Under the pieces are notes generated by a model, which was not told the origin of the DNA, made no database searches, and saw only the letters and a program-made list of their open reading frames with translations. A DNA stretch of 56,178 nt, taken from positions 1 through 56,178 of IMG/VR virus record IMGVR_UViG_3300031757_000001. One strand, written 5' to 3'. Both the position numbers and the translations under genes were made by a program. The stretch comes from a virus. Lineage: Duplodnaviria; Caudoviricetes. Of this stretch, positions 18,090 to 26,889 are shown one piece after another. Each line of letters opens with the position of its first letter. Position 1 is the first letter of the stretch.

Positions 18090-18263
18090 TCAAGTCCAAC
18101 CATTTTGCTCAGCAATCAAGTTGGTGACTTGTAGAGAGTGCCAATTAGCTTGACGCAAGGCTCTCAAGTGCCATGAGGCGTTTATGCCTTCGGTGCGTTG
18201 AGCGGTAGCAGTCCACTTGGACGCTTGGCGTTTATGGTGAGCGATTTTATTTGCTATTTCCAT
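18090..18263 (-). CDS. Hypothetical protein (MEIANK)
   Basis: Stop abuts repeat copy 16. Confidence 0.55.
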   Translation of the reverse strand: MEIANKIAHHKRQASKWTATAQRTEGINASWHLRALRQANWHSLQVTNLIAEQNGWT

Positions 18264-18457
18264 TTTGGATTGCTCCTTTCTAGGATTGAGAGAAAGGCAC
18301 ACGCTACAGCGAGGAACGGAACGCAGAAAAGGCTAGCCCAAAGTGGGTCAGCAGTAAAGAATGGCATTACGAGAACGCACAAGCCGAAGGAAAGAAACGA
18401 GACGAGCATTATGCAACAGAACGAATCAAGGAGGGTGTTTAGTATTGTTTTAATCAT
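18254..18457 (-). CDS. Small membrane protein (two hydrophobic segments)
   Basis: MIKTIL start; two hydrophobic stretches. Confidence 0.6.
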   Translation of the reverse strand: MIKTILNTLLDSFCCIMLVSFLSFGLCVLVMPFFTADPLWASLFCVPFLAVACAFLSILERSNPKWK

Positions 18458-18511
18458 GTTATTATATTAGTTTATTAAAGGGAAAAAGTCAAGCGTTAAA
18501 TGCAGAATTTT

Positions 18512-18697
18512 CTAGCAATCCCAAGAGTTGAGTTCAACGCCTTGATTCATTAGAAGCTCGTTGAGCTTGTTCTCAAGCTTTTCTTGCAAGCTCCAAAGGT
18601 CTTGCTTCTCGGCAGGAGACAGAACGCAATCCTTGAAGGTTTCCTTGATTACGGAAATTTCAATTTCAAGGCGGTCGATTTGTGATTCTTGGTTCAT
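18512..18697 (-). CDS. Hypothetical protein
   Basis: First gene of the leftward early block, own promoter. Confidence 0.6.
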   Translation of the reverse strand: MNQESQIDRLEIEISVIKETFKDCVLSPAEKQDLWSLQEKLENKLNELLMNQGVELNSWDC

Positions 18698-19000
18698 ATT
18701 TTTTTCTTTCTTTGTATTCTTTGTTTCTTAACTTATACATACAATATACCACAGAAAAACCCGTTTGTCAAGCGATTTGGAAAGTTTTTTACATTCGTAA
18801 GACGCTCATTGTTAACTGGTTGCGGAAATGGGCGAAAAAAAGTGAAGTTTTTTCTCTAAAGACCCCCCCCTTTTTTCAAATTCATTCAAAAAAGCGATCC
18901 TGAGATTTGGGTGGGGGGTGGTGTTTTTCAGTATCCCGAATTATCTTAAACATAATAAAATGGCGTTTCGGGGCTCTGGAGTGTAATTAACAATAGCAAA

Positions 19001-19165
19001 ATGAAAGAAGTCCAAGTAAAACACATTATCACACCAGAACTTATTAAATCATTATACGAAAAATCAAGGACGCTACCACCAGCAGAAGCAAAGCGATTAA
19101 TAGATCAATGCAAGTTCTTTTCTAGTCATATGGGAGAGTATCTTGTAAAAAAAAATGACGAATAG
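19001..19165 (+). CDS. Small hypothetical protein
   Basis: 54 aa translated by hand, following the GTGTAA motif at 18981. Confidence 0.45.
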   Translation: MKEVQVKHIITPELIKSLYEKSRTLPPAEAKRLIDQCKFFSSHMGEYLVKKNDE

Positions 19166-19200
19166 AACGTTTAAGGCACAATGCCCCGACACCTTGAAGC

Positions 19201-19779
19201 TCAAGTGTGCAAATGCTTATAATGCTCGTATCTTTCGTTGAGGAGGGTTGTTTTAATCTCCGCCCTCGGTTTAAGTAGCGCAATTCCTGCACGATGGCGG
19301 GCTTTAGTTTCTCCAATTTTTTCACAGAAATCGCTAACCTCCCTGTAGTGTGGGCGGCGTGAGTCGTGAAGTAGGATTTTTGAATCAACTCCCAGCTTTC
19401 TGGATAAGAGTATTGTTTGTATTATACTTGCCATCCTGAACCTTCCGTCAACCAGTATTAAGTCTGGGCAGATATTGAATTCGTGAATTGACATGGGGTA
19501 CTTCTCCCATATTTCCAGATCCTTAACCATAGGAGTTCCTTTCAGCGAACATTCCCCCATGGGGATATACCTTAAGTCTACTTTGTCTTTTTTTTGTATC
19601 CGACCTAATACTACATCCCTCCATTCTTTTTTTGAATCTATTCCCGCGACCTTCTCTATATTGTCCATTTCTGCAGCGAGGACAGTGCTTCCTCCGAGGC
19701 CATACTCAAAGTAAACTTTGGCGTCTCGTAGGTTTTCCACAAAAAAACGGATTTCCGCTCTCGTCATGTTCGGCCTCAT
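19201..19779 (-). CDS. Class I SAM-dependent methyltransferase-like protein
   Basis: YFEYGLGGST motif I, DLILVDGRFR and ILLHD. Confidence 0.7.
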   Translation of the reverse strand: MRPNMTRAEIRFFVENLRDAKVYFEYGLGGSTVLAAEMDNIEKVAGIDSKKEWRDVVLGRIQKKDKVDLRYIPMGECSLKGTPMVKDLEIWEKYPMSIHEFNICPDLILVDGRFRMASIIQTILLSRKLGVDSKILLHDSRRPHYREVSDFCEKIGETKARHRAGIALLKPRAEIKTTLLNERYEHYKHLHT

Positions 19780-20495
19780 TTGTTTTCTATTTTTTTTATG
19801 ATAAATTTAAGAATCTCACTTCTAAAGATGTCATCTGTGGTAAAGTCAAATGTGTGTATTCCGTTTTTCCTGCAGTCTTCCCCCGAGAAGACCTTCACCA
19901 TGTCTTCGAATCCGCTTTTTCCGTTAATATCGCTTTGCATATAGTCCCCGCATATAAATAGCTTTGTGCCCTCCCCTATTCTTGTAACCAATGTAGTGAG
20001 CTCTTTGAATGTAAAGTTTTGCGCCTCATCCGCGATTACAACTTTATTTCTCCAGGAGGCTCCTCTTAGGTAATTTATCGGTACGGCGGAAATTCTTTGT
20101 GCTTTCATGAGCTCGTGGATTTCTGAGTGCGGGAGCATCTCCTCTAGTTTATCTAAGAGCGGGCTCATGTAGGGATTAAACTTCTCCTCTATGTCTCCTG
20201 GGAGCGCCCCCAGTCCCTTGTCGGCACTCTCAATCACTGTTCGCACATACAAGAGATCGAGGTCTTTGTTTTTGGACAGAAGGGACATCGCCGAATAAAC
20301 GGACAAGTAAGTTTTTGCGCTTCCCGCGGGCCCGCCTATGAATGTAATAGTGTTTTTTGCGGCCGTAGTCAGCTTAAACAGCTCCCTCTGCCTTGGGGAA
20401 AAGCGTTTGCCCCTTAGGCTGATTTTAGTCGACGCCGCCCAGGCTTCCTCTATTTCGTTGGCGGAGATTTCCGTGGTTTTCTTTTTTCTTGGCAT
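19776..20495 (-). CDS. phoH: PhoH-family ATPase
   Basis: GPAGSAKT (Walker A), LPGDIEEK, YLRG, IADEAQN and GDYMQSD. Confidence 0.93.
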   Translation of the reverse strand: MPRKKKTTEISANEIEEAWAASTKISLRGKRFSPRQRELFKLTTAAKNTITFIGGPAGSAKTYLSVYSAMSLLSKNKDLDLLYVRTVIESADKGLGALPGDIEEKFNPYMSPLLDKLEEMLPHSEIHELMKAQRISAVPINYLRGASWRNKVVIADEAQNFTFKELTTLVTRIGEGTKLFICGDYMQSDINGKSGFEDMVKVFSGEDCRKNGIHTFDFTTDDIFRSEILKFIIKKIENK

Positions 20496-20545
20496 TGTAC
20501 AATATAATTTACACTATAGAATTTAAAAGTGTAATGTAATTGCGT

Positions 20546-20923
20546 ATGACTTTGGAAAATTTAATTTACGCAGGCATCGCCGCAATTGTCGGCGTCGCTG
20601 CCACGGTGATTACTACCCTCATCAAGCGAGGGAGGGGCGGGGGAAAGGTAGACGAAGAAAAAATTAAATTAAACATAGAAAAAATTATTAACGAGTTGAA
20701 TATTGGTGATGTGCATTTCTATATACTAAATGAAAACAAGAATTTCTCAACAGAAAAGGAAATGAAATTTAAATTTAAATCCAAGGGGGCGAGGGTGGTT
20801 TCTAGTAATTTAAATTCAATTTATCAAATTAGCGGAAGTTCTGGGAGGATTGGAATCTTGGTCGCAAGTGAGCCTGTTTGCAATATCCGTAAGCACGCCG
20901 AAAGGATTGCTTTGTATTTTTGA
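20546..20923 (+). CDS. Hypothetical protein with N-terminal membrane anchor
   Basis: Hydrophobic LIYAGIAAIVGVAATVITTLI followed by KR. Confidence 0.6.
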   Translation: MTLENLIYAGIAAIVGVAATVITTLIKRGRGGGKVDEEKIKLNIEKIINELNIGDVHFYILNENKNFSTEKEMKFKFKSKGARVVSSNLNSIYQISGSSGRIGILVASEPVCNIRKHAERIALYF

Positions 20924-20954
20924 TTTTTTTAACATTTTAAGTAGAATAGTTATT

Positions 20955-21296
20955 ATGGCAGTAATGTATTGTAGCGATTGCGGGGCCAAACTTCATTATG
21001 AAGTTTCTAAGCCGAAGTTTTGCTCCGAGTGCGGGGCAACTATATCTGGGAAGGAAAAGGCTTCGGAGGAGGACGCTGCCGAAGTTAATGGGGAGTCTTT
21101 CGGAAAAATCAAAGGCCTGCAATATGAAATTTCAGCGCCCCAAGAGGGGAAGACGTCTCTGGGCTCTATTATAGGAACAAACGAAGGGGCTGAAGTGGAG
21201 CGAAGAGACGCTCCGCCCAAGAATGGCGGCGACCCTCTAGCTGACGCAATTAAGGCCTGCGCCTCAAGCAAGGAAAAGGGAAAAATAAATAAATGA
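20955..21296 (+). CDS. Zinc-ribbon protein
   Basis: YCSDCG...KFCSECG. Confidence 0.7.
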   Translation: MAVMYCSDCGAKLHYEVSKPKFCSECGATISGKEKASEEDAAEVNGESFGKIKGLQYEISAPQEGKTSLGSIIGTNEGAEVERRDAPPKNGGDPLADAIKACASSKEKGKINK

Positions 21297-21985
21297 GCAA
21301 AAAGCTAACCTATGAAGACAAGCAAGACATAATTGATGCCCTAATAAGAAAAAGAAAACACAGATGGAATCTTGGGGCTTTAAGCTGGTTTGACTTCGAG
21401 GATGTGGAGCAAATAATCCGCGCCCACATATTTAAAAAATGGGAACAGTGGGATCAGGACAGGGCTATTGAGCCGTGGGTGAATAGGATAATTACCAATC
21501 AAATAAAAAATATTCTACGTAATAATTATTCAAACTTCCTTAAGCCGTGCTATGGCTGCCCTTTCAACCAAGACGAGCTTGGCGTGGAGAATGGGTGCTC
21601 GTTTACTAAGAGTGGCGCTCAGTCAACGGAGTGTCCGCTATATAAGAAGTGGACAAAAACAAAAAAAAATGCGTATAATATAAAAATGGCATCAAGCCTG
21701 GAGGGGTATGAGTACGCGCAAGCTTCGTCTGAGTCGGCGTTTATTAACTGGGAAAGAGCGCAGGATAATTTAAACAAGGAGCTTAAGAAGGTTTTAAACA
21801 AAAAACAGTACAAGATATACCATATGCTTTTTATCGAAAATAAAAGCGAGGAAGAAGTGGCTCGGACCATGGGATACAAAACTTCAGAGAAAGGGCGGAC
21901 TGCGGGATATAGGCAGATAAAGAATTTGAAAAAAATATATAAGAAAAAGGCGGAGGAGATATTAAAAAGCAAAGACATATTCTAA
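21293..21985 (+). CDS. Phage-encoded sigma-factor-like protein (candidate late sigma)
   Basis: Region-2-like FDFEDVEQ...WVNRIITNQIKNILR and region-4-like HTH LNKKQYKIY...SEEEVARTMGY. A Cys-rich insert (CYGC, C, C) lies between them. Confidence 0.65.
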   Translation: MSKKLTYEDKQDIIDALIRKRKHRWNLGALSWFDFEDVEQIIRAHIFKKWEQWDQDRAIEPWVNRIITNQIKNILRNNYSNFLKPCYGCPFNQDELGVENGCSFTKSGAQSTECPLYKKWTKTKKNAYNIKMASSLEGYEYAQASSESAFINWERAQDNLNKELKKVLNKKQYKIYHMLFIENKSEEEVARTMGYKTSEKGRTAGYRQIKNLKKIYKKKAEEILKSKDIF

Positions 21986-22004
21986 TAACCCTTAGGGAGG
22001 TAAA

Positions 22005-23057
22005 GTGAATCTATCTGAAGAGCAGGAGCAACTTATAAGGTCAAATCACTCCACTACTCCAGATTTGATAGAGCTGACTCGAATTGTGTTCGGGAATGAG
22101 TCCTTAGATGGAAGAAGCAAAGAGGGTCGAGCGGTTAAGGACTTCCTCGTGGAGAATAATCTAGAATACAATACCACAAAAAGGGAAAAGGTTCCAGACC
22201 TGGAGCTTTCGCGCGAGCAGCAAGATTTCATAAGGCAATACTCCGCAGAGGGAATGAATTCTTTAGAAATTGCAAAGCTCATATTTCCTCCAGATGTGGA
22301 AATTAAGAAATTAGGAAAGGAGCAAAGGACAGTTATAGAGTTCCTTGAGGAGAACGCTCCAGAATTGGTGAGTGATTCGGAGGACGCACTAACCTCGTTA
22401 TGGTCTGCTCCTGTGGGGATAAATGGAATCCTGGCTAAGGTTAATAAATATTGCGTGGAGAAAATAGACCTAAAGAAGGCGGCGAAATACGAAATTGAAT
22501 GCCTAGAGAAGGTCGTAATATACCTAGCCTCTCCTAGGTTTATTTGGACGATCAATAACTACAATAGCCAGGCAGACAGAGAGCTTCTTGAGGCGGAATT
22601 CATCAGAGCGACTTGGGACAAGCCCGATCTTACGACGGATGAAATAAATTTATACCTAAACGTCTGTATTGACTATATAAATTTAAAAAACATAAGCAAG
22701 CACATCGAGAAACTAAATCAAATGTTTGACGACCTTGAAGAGGAGAACGAAATGACGGTAAGATTAGCAGAGGTTCTTAAGGCTAAGAGTACTGAATACG
22801 ATCAGTGCGAAAAAAGACAACAGCAATTGATATCAAGCCTAAACGGAGATAGAGTTAAGAGAATTGCCACCAAGATAGACAAAAACGCATCAATACTTGC
22901 GCTAGTCCAGGCCTTTCAAAATGAGGAGGAGCGGCGGTTCATGGTTCAAATGGCGGAAAAGCAAAAGCTTGATATTGAAGCAGAGGCAAACAGGATAGAG
23001 GGCATGGACTCATGGAAGGCGAGAGTATTGGGTATAGATAAGAGCGACATTATATAA
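22005..23057 (+). CDS. Hypothetical protein with two HTH-like N-terminal repeats and a coiled-coil C-terminus (possible terminase small subunit)
   Basis: 350-aa ORF; LSEEQEQLIR/LSREQQDFIR repeats. Function inferred only from position. Confidence 0.55.
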   Translation: MNLSEEQEQLIRSNHSTTPDLIELTRIVFGNESLDGRSKEGRAVKDFLVENNLEYNTTKREKVPDLELSREQQDFIRQYSAEGMNSLEIAKLIFPPDVEIKKLGKEQRTVIEFLEENAPELVSDSEDALTSLWSAPVGINGILAKVNKYCVEKIDLKKAAKYEIECLEKVVIYLASPRFIWTINNYNSQADRELLEAEFIRATWDKPDLTTDEINLYLNVCIDYINLKNISKHIEKLNQMFDDLEEENEMTVRLAEVLKAKSTEYDQCEKRQQQLISSLNGDRVKRIATKIDKNASILALVQAFQNEEERRFMVQMAEKQKLDIEAEANRIEGMDSWKARVLGIDKSDII

Positions 23058-23857
23058 TGATATCTCACGCGGAAAAGTTCCTGTTTGTGCGCATTCCCAA
23101 GACCGCAGGCACAACCCTTCAGACTGCGCTGTCAAGGGGCGAGTTTATCGATACGTCTTCCGCTGGTCTCCCCATGAGCTTCTCGAGAAAGGCGGATTCT
23201 GCCCCCACAGAAGAAAGGGCGAGGGAGATTGCTTTAACAAATAAAAGCAAATACGTGAGCCTTTTTAATTTTGCTCCTGCGAATAATTCACTCATGCATG
23301 CCCCCTATTTGAGCTGGATCAATGCTCATGCGCAGGCGAAAGATTATTTCGCGTTCTCTTTTGTTCGGAATCCCTGGGACTGGGTGGTCTCTCAATATTT
23401 TTTTTTAAAAAAAATATACGAAAGAAGGCTAAAGCGGGAGCGGGGTGGGCGACCGTCAAGGAAAATGTATTTTATTGAGAATAGGGAAGTTTTTTCAAAA
23501 AAACTTAATCTCTTCGGGGTCTCTTACGAAGAATTCAAACTCGATCAGGAGTCTTTTACTTTTGAGAAGTATGTTTCTCATTATTTCGAGGCGGATGGGC
23601 TCGACAAAACTCAATCTTCCTTCCTCAAGGACGAAAGCGGGGAAATTGCCGTAGATTTTATTGGAAAATTCGAAAACCTGCAGGGGGATTGGGAGGAATT
23701 GGCGAAAAAGATCAATCGGCCACAGATAGCGCTCGAGGAGACTAACGCCTCCAGAGGCAAGGGGGCGTATAGAAGTTACTACGAATCGAGCGAAATGAAA
23801 GAAATTGTAGAAAACGGATTAAGCGAGGATATCGAGCGTTTTGGGTATGAGTTTTGA
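23057..23857 (+). CDS. Sulfotransferase (family 2-like)
   Basis: PAPS-binding IPKTAGTT, FVRNPWDWVVSQY and FIGKFENL. Confidence 0.85.
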   Translation: MISHAEKFLFVRIPKTAGTTLQTALSRGEFIDTSSAGLPMSFSRKADSAPTEERAREIALTNKSKYVSLFNFAPANNSLMHAPYLSWINAHAQAKDYFAFSFVRNPWDWVVSQYFFLKKIYERRLKRERGGRPSRKMYFIENREVFSKKLNLFGVSYEEFKLDQESFTFEKYVSHYFEADGLDKTQSSFLKDESGEIAVDFIGKFENLQGDWEELAKKINRPQIALEETNASRGKGAYRSYYESSEMKEIVENGLSEDIERFGYEF

Positions 23858-24782
23858 GTGTAAAAAATGCAAGGTTTGTAATGCTGAATTTGAATCCCAG
23901 CGAGCACTCCACGCCCACATAAAGAGCCACTCTTTATTTTTGGCGGAGTATTATTGTAAATACTACCCTAGGTATAATTTACTTTCGGGCGAGCAGCTGC
24001 CATACAAGGATAGGGAGGAATATTTTGTTAAGGGGTTTTCCACCAGAAGGGAGCTGGATAAGTGGTCAAGGGTCGCGGACAAAGGGGAGGTATCGGAATA
24101 TATTGTGAAGCAGCTCAAGAACAGAGTTGACTCCAAGGGCCTTTCTCGTGGGCCTGGGCACCTTGAGCTAGAACTGTATGGCTTGCCCTCTATAGACTTA
24201 TATAAAAGGTTTTTGGGTACGTACTCTAAGGCGTGCGCGGAAGTTGAGGTGAAGCCTTTATTTTACAAAAATATTCCTAGCGATTTTTTTACTGATGACC
24301 CCAGCCTGTCCGAGATAGAAGTTGTGGTGGATACGAGAGAACAGAAACCCCTGGATTTTGTTAACCCCAAGGTTATGAAGTTAGATTTTGGGGATTATAC
24401 TACCACGGGGGAGAATTATACAAAAACCTTTGTGGACAGGAAGAGCGAGTCCGACTTTAAGTCTACAATGTCTACTGGATTTGAGAGGTTCAGGAAGGAG
24501 CTAGAGAGGGCTAGAGCTTTTAATTCTTATTTATATATCGCCACAGAGAGTAGCATTGATAAGATAAAAAGAAATAATAATTATGGGGCGCATAGGTCTA
24601 AGCTGGATTACATTTGGCACAACATGAGAGTGCTAACTCATGAATTCGCGGATACTTGTCAGTTTATTTTTACGAACGACAGGACTGCTTCTAAAAAAAT
24701 TATTTTAAAACTTTTAATAAATGGAGATAATCTATGGAATACGGACATCCAATATTTCATAGATAAGCAAAATGAACTCTAA
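23841..24782 (+). CDS. C2H2 zinc finger + ERCC4/XPF-like nuclease
   Basis: CKVC...HAHIKSH; VVDTREQ, GDY and VDRKS. Confidence 0.75.
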   Translation: MGMSFECKKCKVCNAEFESQRALHAHIKSHSLFLAEYYCKYYPRYNLLSGEQLPYKDREEYFVKGFSTRRELDKWSRVADKGEVSEYIVKQLKNRVDSKGLSRGPGHLELELYGLPSIDLYKRFLGTYSKACAEVEVKPLFYKNIPSDFFTDDPSLSEIEVVVDTREQKPLDFVNPKVMKLDFGDYTTTGENYTKTFVDRKSESDFKSTMSTGFERFRKELERARAFNSYLYIATESSIDKIKRNNNYGAHRSKLDYIWHNMRVLTHEFADTCQFIFTNDRTASKKIILKLLINGDNLWNTDIQYFIDKQNEL

Positions 24783-25263
24783 TAAAAAAGGCAAGTCCTG
24801 GGAGCTTGCCGCCGCGCGTTTATTGCAGGAGCATTTTGGGGGGAACTTCAATAGAGTGCCTCGATCTGGAGCCATGTTTGGAGGCAAAAACATTAAATAT
24901 GCAGAGGGGCAGCGAGATGACGTAAAGGAGATAATGTCTGGGGATATAATCGCTCCTGCGGATTTCCCTTTTTCCGTGGAGACTAAAAGTTATAGTTCTT
25001 TTGATTTCTCAAAATTATATAAAGGAGAGTCCAGGGTTCTGGATGAGTGGATAAGTCAGGCAGATTCCGACTCGCAACTTTCGAACAAAGAGCTTCTTAT
25101 ATTAATGAAATTCAACCGTAAGGGCGCGTACGCAGTCTTCGGGAGATACGGGCGCCTGAAGGATGCGGATAGAATAAGTCTATTTGATAATTTTACCTTA
25201 TACAAGGAGCATTACATTATTACCTCGATAGAGGAATTCCTTAAACAAATAAAAGATTTATGA
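24772..25263 (+). CDS. Holliday junction resolvase-like PD-(D/E)xK nuclease
   Basis: KGKSWE, RVPRSGA, GDI and VETK. Confidence 0.8.
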   Translation: MNSNKKGKSWELAAARLLQEHFGGNFNRVPRSGAMFGGKNIKYAEGQRDDVKEIMSGDIIAPADFPFSVETKSYSSFDFSKLYKGESRVLDEWISQADSDSQLSNKELLILMKFNRKGAYAVFGRYGRLKDADRISLFDNFTLYKEHYIITSIEEFLKQIKDL

Positions 25264-26201
25264 AAAAATATGTAGTTACAGGTGGAGCGGGGTTCATAGG
25301 GAGCAATTTAGTGGATCATTTAATAGCTCGAGGGGACGAGGTTGTGGTTGTCGATTCCCTGGTTTGCGGAAATGAAAAAAATGTCAATCCGAAGGCCCAG
25401 TTTATTTTAGCGGATTTAAATAGCTGCAGGACCGAAGGTGGAGCTTCCTCTCTACAAGCTTTTACGGACAAGGTGTTGGGCGCAGCAGAGGGCAGTGATG
25501 GCATATTCCACATGGCTGCTCTGGCCAGAGTTCAGCCGTCCATAGAGAGCCCTACGAAATTTAACGATGCGAACGTATGTGCGACTTTGAATCTATTAAA
25601 CATCGCAAGGGAGCTAGATATAAAAAGAGTAGTTTATAGCGCCTCTTCTTCTGCATACGGCAATGTTTCAATGTACCCCACTCCAGAAGACGCTCCGCTT
25701 GATCCGCTGAGCCCATATGGATTGCAGAAGCAAATCGGCGAGCAGTACTGTAGGGTTTTTTATCATTGTTATGGATTGGAGTCTGTATCACTTAGGTATT
25801 TTAATGTCTTCGGAGAGAGGCAGTCACTGGAGGGCGCATATAGATTAGTCATGGGAATTTTCGCAAAACAGCTATTAGAGGGAAAGCCAATGACAATAAC
25901 TGGAGATGGGGAGCAGCGGAGGGATTTCACTTATGTCGGCGATGTAGCGAGGGCTAATATTTTAGCAATGGAATCGAAAAACGTAGGAAAGGGAGAAGTT
26001 ATTAATATAGGTAATGGGGAAAATCGATCAGTTAATCAGTTAGCAGATCTTATGGGTGGCCCTAGGGTTTATGTAGATCCAGTGATTGAACCAAGGGAAA
26101 CGCTTGCAGACAATACGAAGGCAAAAAAGCTTTTGGGCTGGGAGCCGAGGATGACATTGGAGGAATGGATACCAAAATATAAAAAAGATTTAGATTTATG
26201 A
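25260..26201 (+). CDS. NAD-dependent nucleotide-sugar epimerase/dehydratase
   Basis: TGGAGFIGS, SSS, YGLQK (YxxxK), RYFNVFG and RDFTYV. Confidence 0.92.
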   Translation: MKKYVVTGGAGFIGSNLVDHLIARGDEVVVVDSLVCGNEKNVNPKAQFILADLNSCRTEGGASSLQAFTDKVLGAAEGSDGIFHMAALARVQPSIESPTKFNDANVCATLNLLNIARELDIKRVVYSASSSAYGNVSMYPTPEDAPLDPLSPYGLQKQIGEQYCRVFYHCYGLESVSLRYFNVFGERQSLEGAYRLVMGIFAKQLLEGKPMTITGDGEQRRDFTYVGDVARANILAMESKNVGKGEVINIGNGENRSVNQLADLMGGPRVYVDPVIEPRETLADNTKAKKLLGWEPRMTLEEWIPKYKKDLDL

Positions 26202-26878
26202 GTGAAAAAAAGATATTTAAAAGCTTACCCCAACACAGGATGAACTTGGTTGGGGATGCGGAAAGTAGTGAGCTCACTTTAAGAAAACGAAATATTCAAA
26301 TTCAATTCCTCCAGGAAAAGGGTCTCACCGCAAGCGATTACTTGCTTGATTTTGGGTGTGGGGTCTTGCGTGGAGGAATTCCCTTGATAGATTTCCTTGA
26401 AAATAGTCATTATGTAGGCGTGGATATATCTGAGGAACGACTCAAGGAGGGGGAGGCGGAGCTTAGGGCGCAGGGTTTAGAGCATAAGTCCCCTATTCTT
26501 TTAGTTGATACCCCTCCTTATGTAAAAATAGTTGATCTTGAAATGAAATTTGATTTTATTTGGTCATATCAGACGCTTATCCACATGAATGATGAGATTT
26601 TAGACAGTTTGTTTAAAATAATTCCGCAATTACTTAAGCCTAGTGGTGAATTTTATGCTACAGCCAGTATTGGGAGTAAGCAACGGGACGGGACCTGGGT
26701 AGCTAGTCGCTCCCGAAGTGGTAGAAAGTGGGGGCACTGGCAAGAGTTTCCTATGTGCCATCGAACGCTGCCTTGCTACGAACAATTGGCGGAAAAATAC
26801 AAAATGAAAACTGTGCATCTAGAGGATTATCATGAGGACGGCCAGAACGTTGACTGCTTAAATTTCACAACAATCTAA
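26198..26878 (+). CDS. Class I SAM-dependent methyltransferase
   Basis: LLDFGCG, YVGVDIS, FDFIW and LLKPSG. Confidence 0.85.
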   Translation: MSEKKIFKSLPQHRMNLVGDAESSELTLRKRNIQIQFLQEKGLTASDYLLDFGCGVLRGGIPLIDFLENSHYVGVDISEERLKEGEAELRAQGLEHKSPILLVDTPPYVKIVDLEMKFDFIWSYQTLIHMNDEILDSLFKIIPQLLKPSGEFYATASIGSKQRDGTWVASRSRSGRKWGHWQEFPMCHRTLPCYEQLAEKYKMKTVHLEDYHEDGQNVDCLNFTTI

Positions 26879-26889
26879 ATACTATTATT

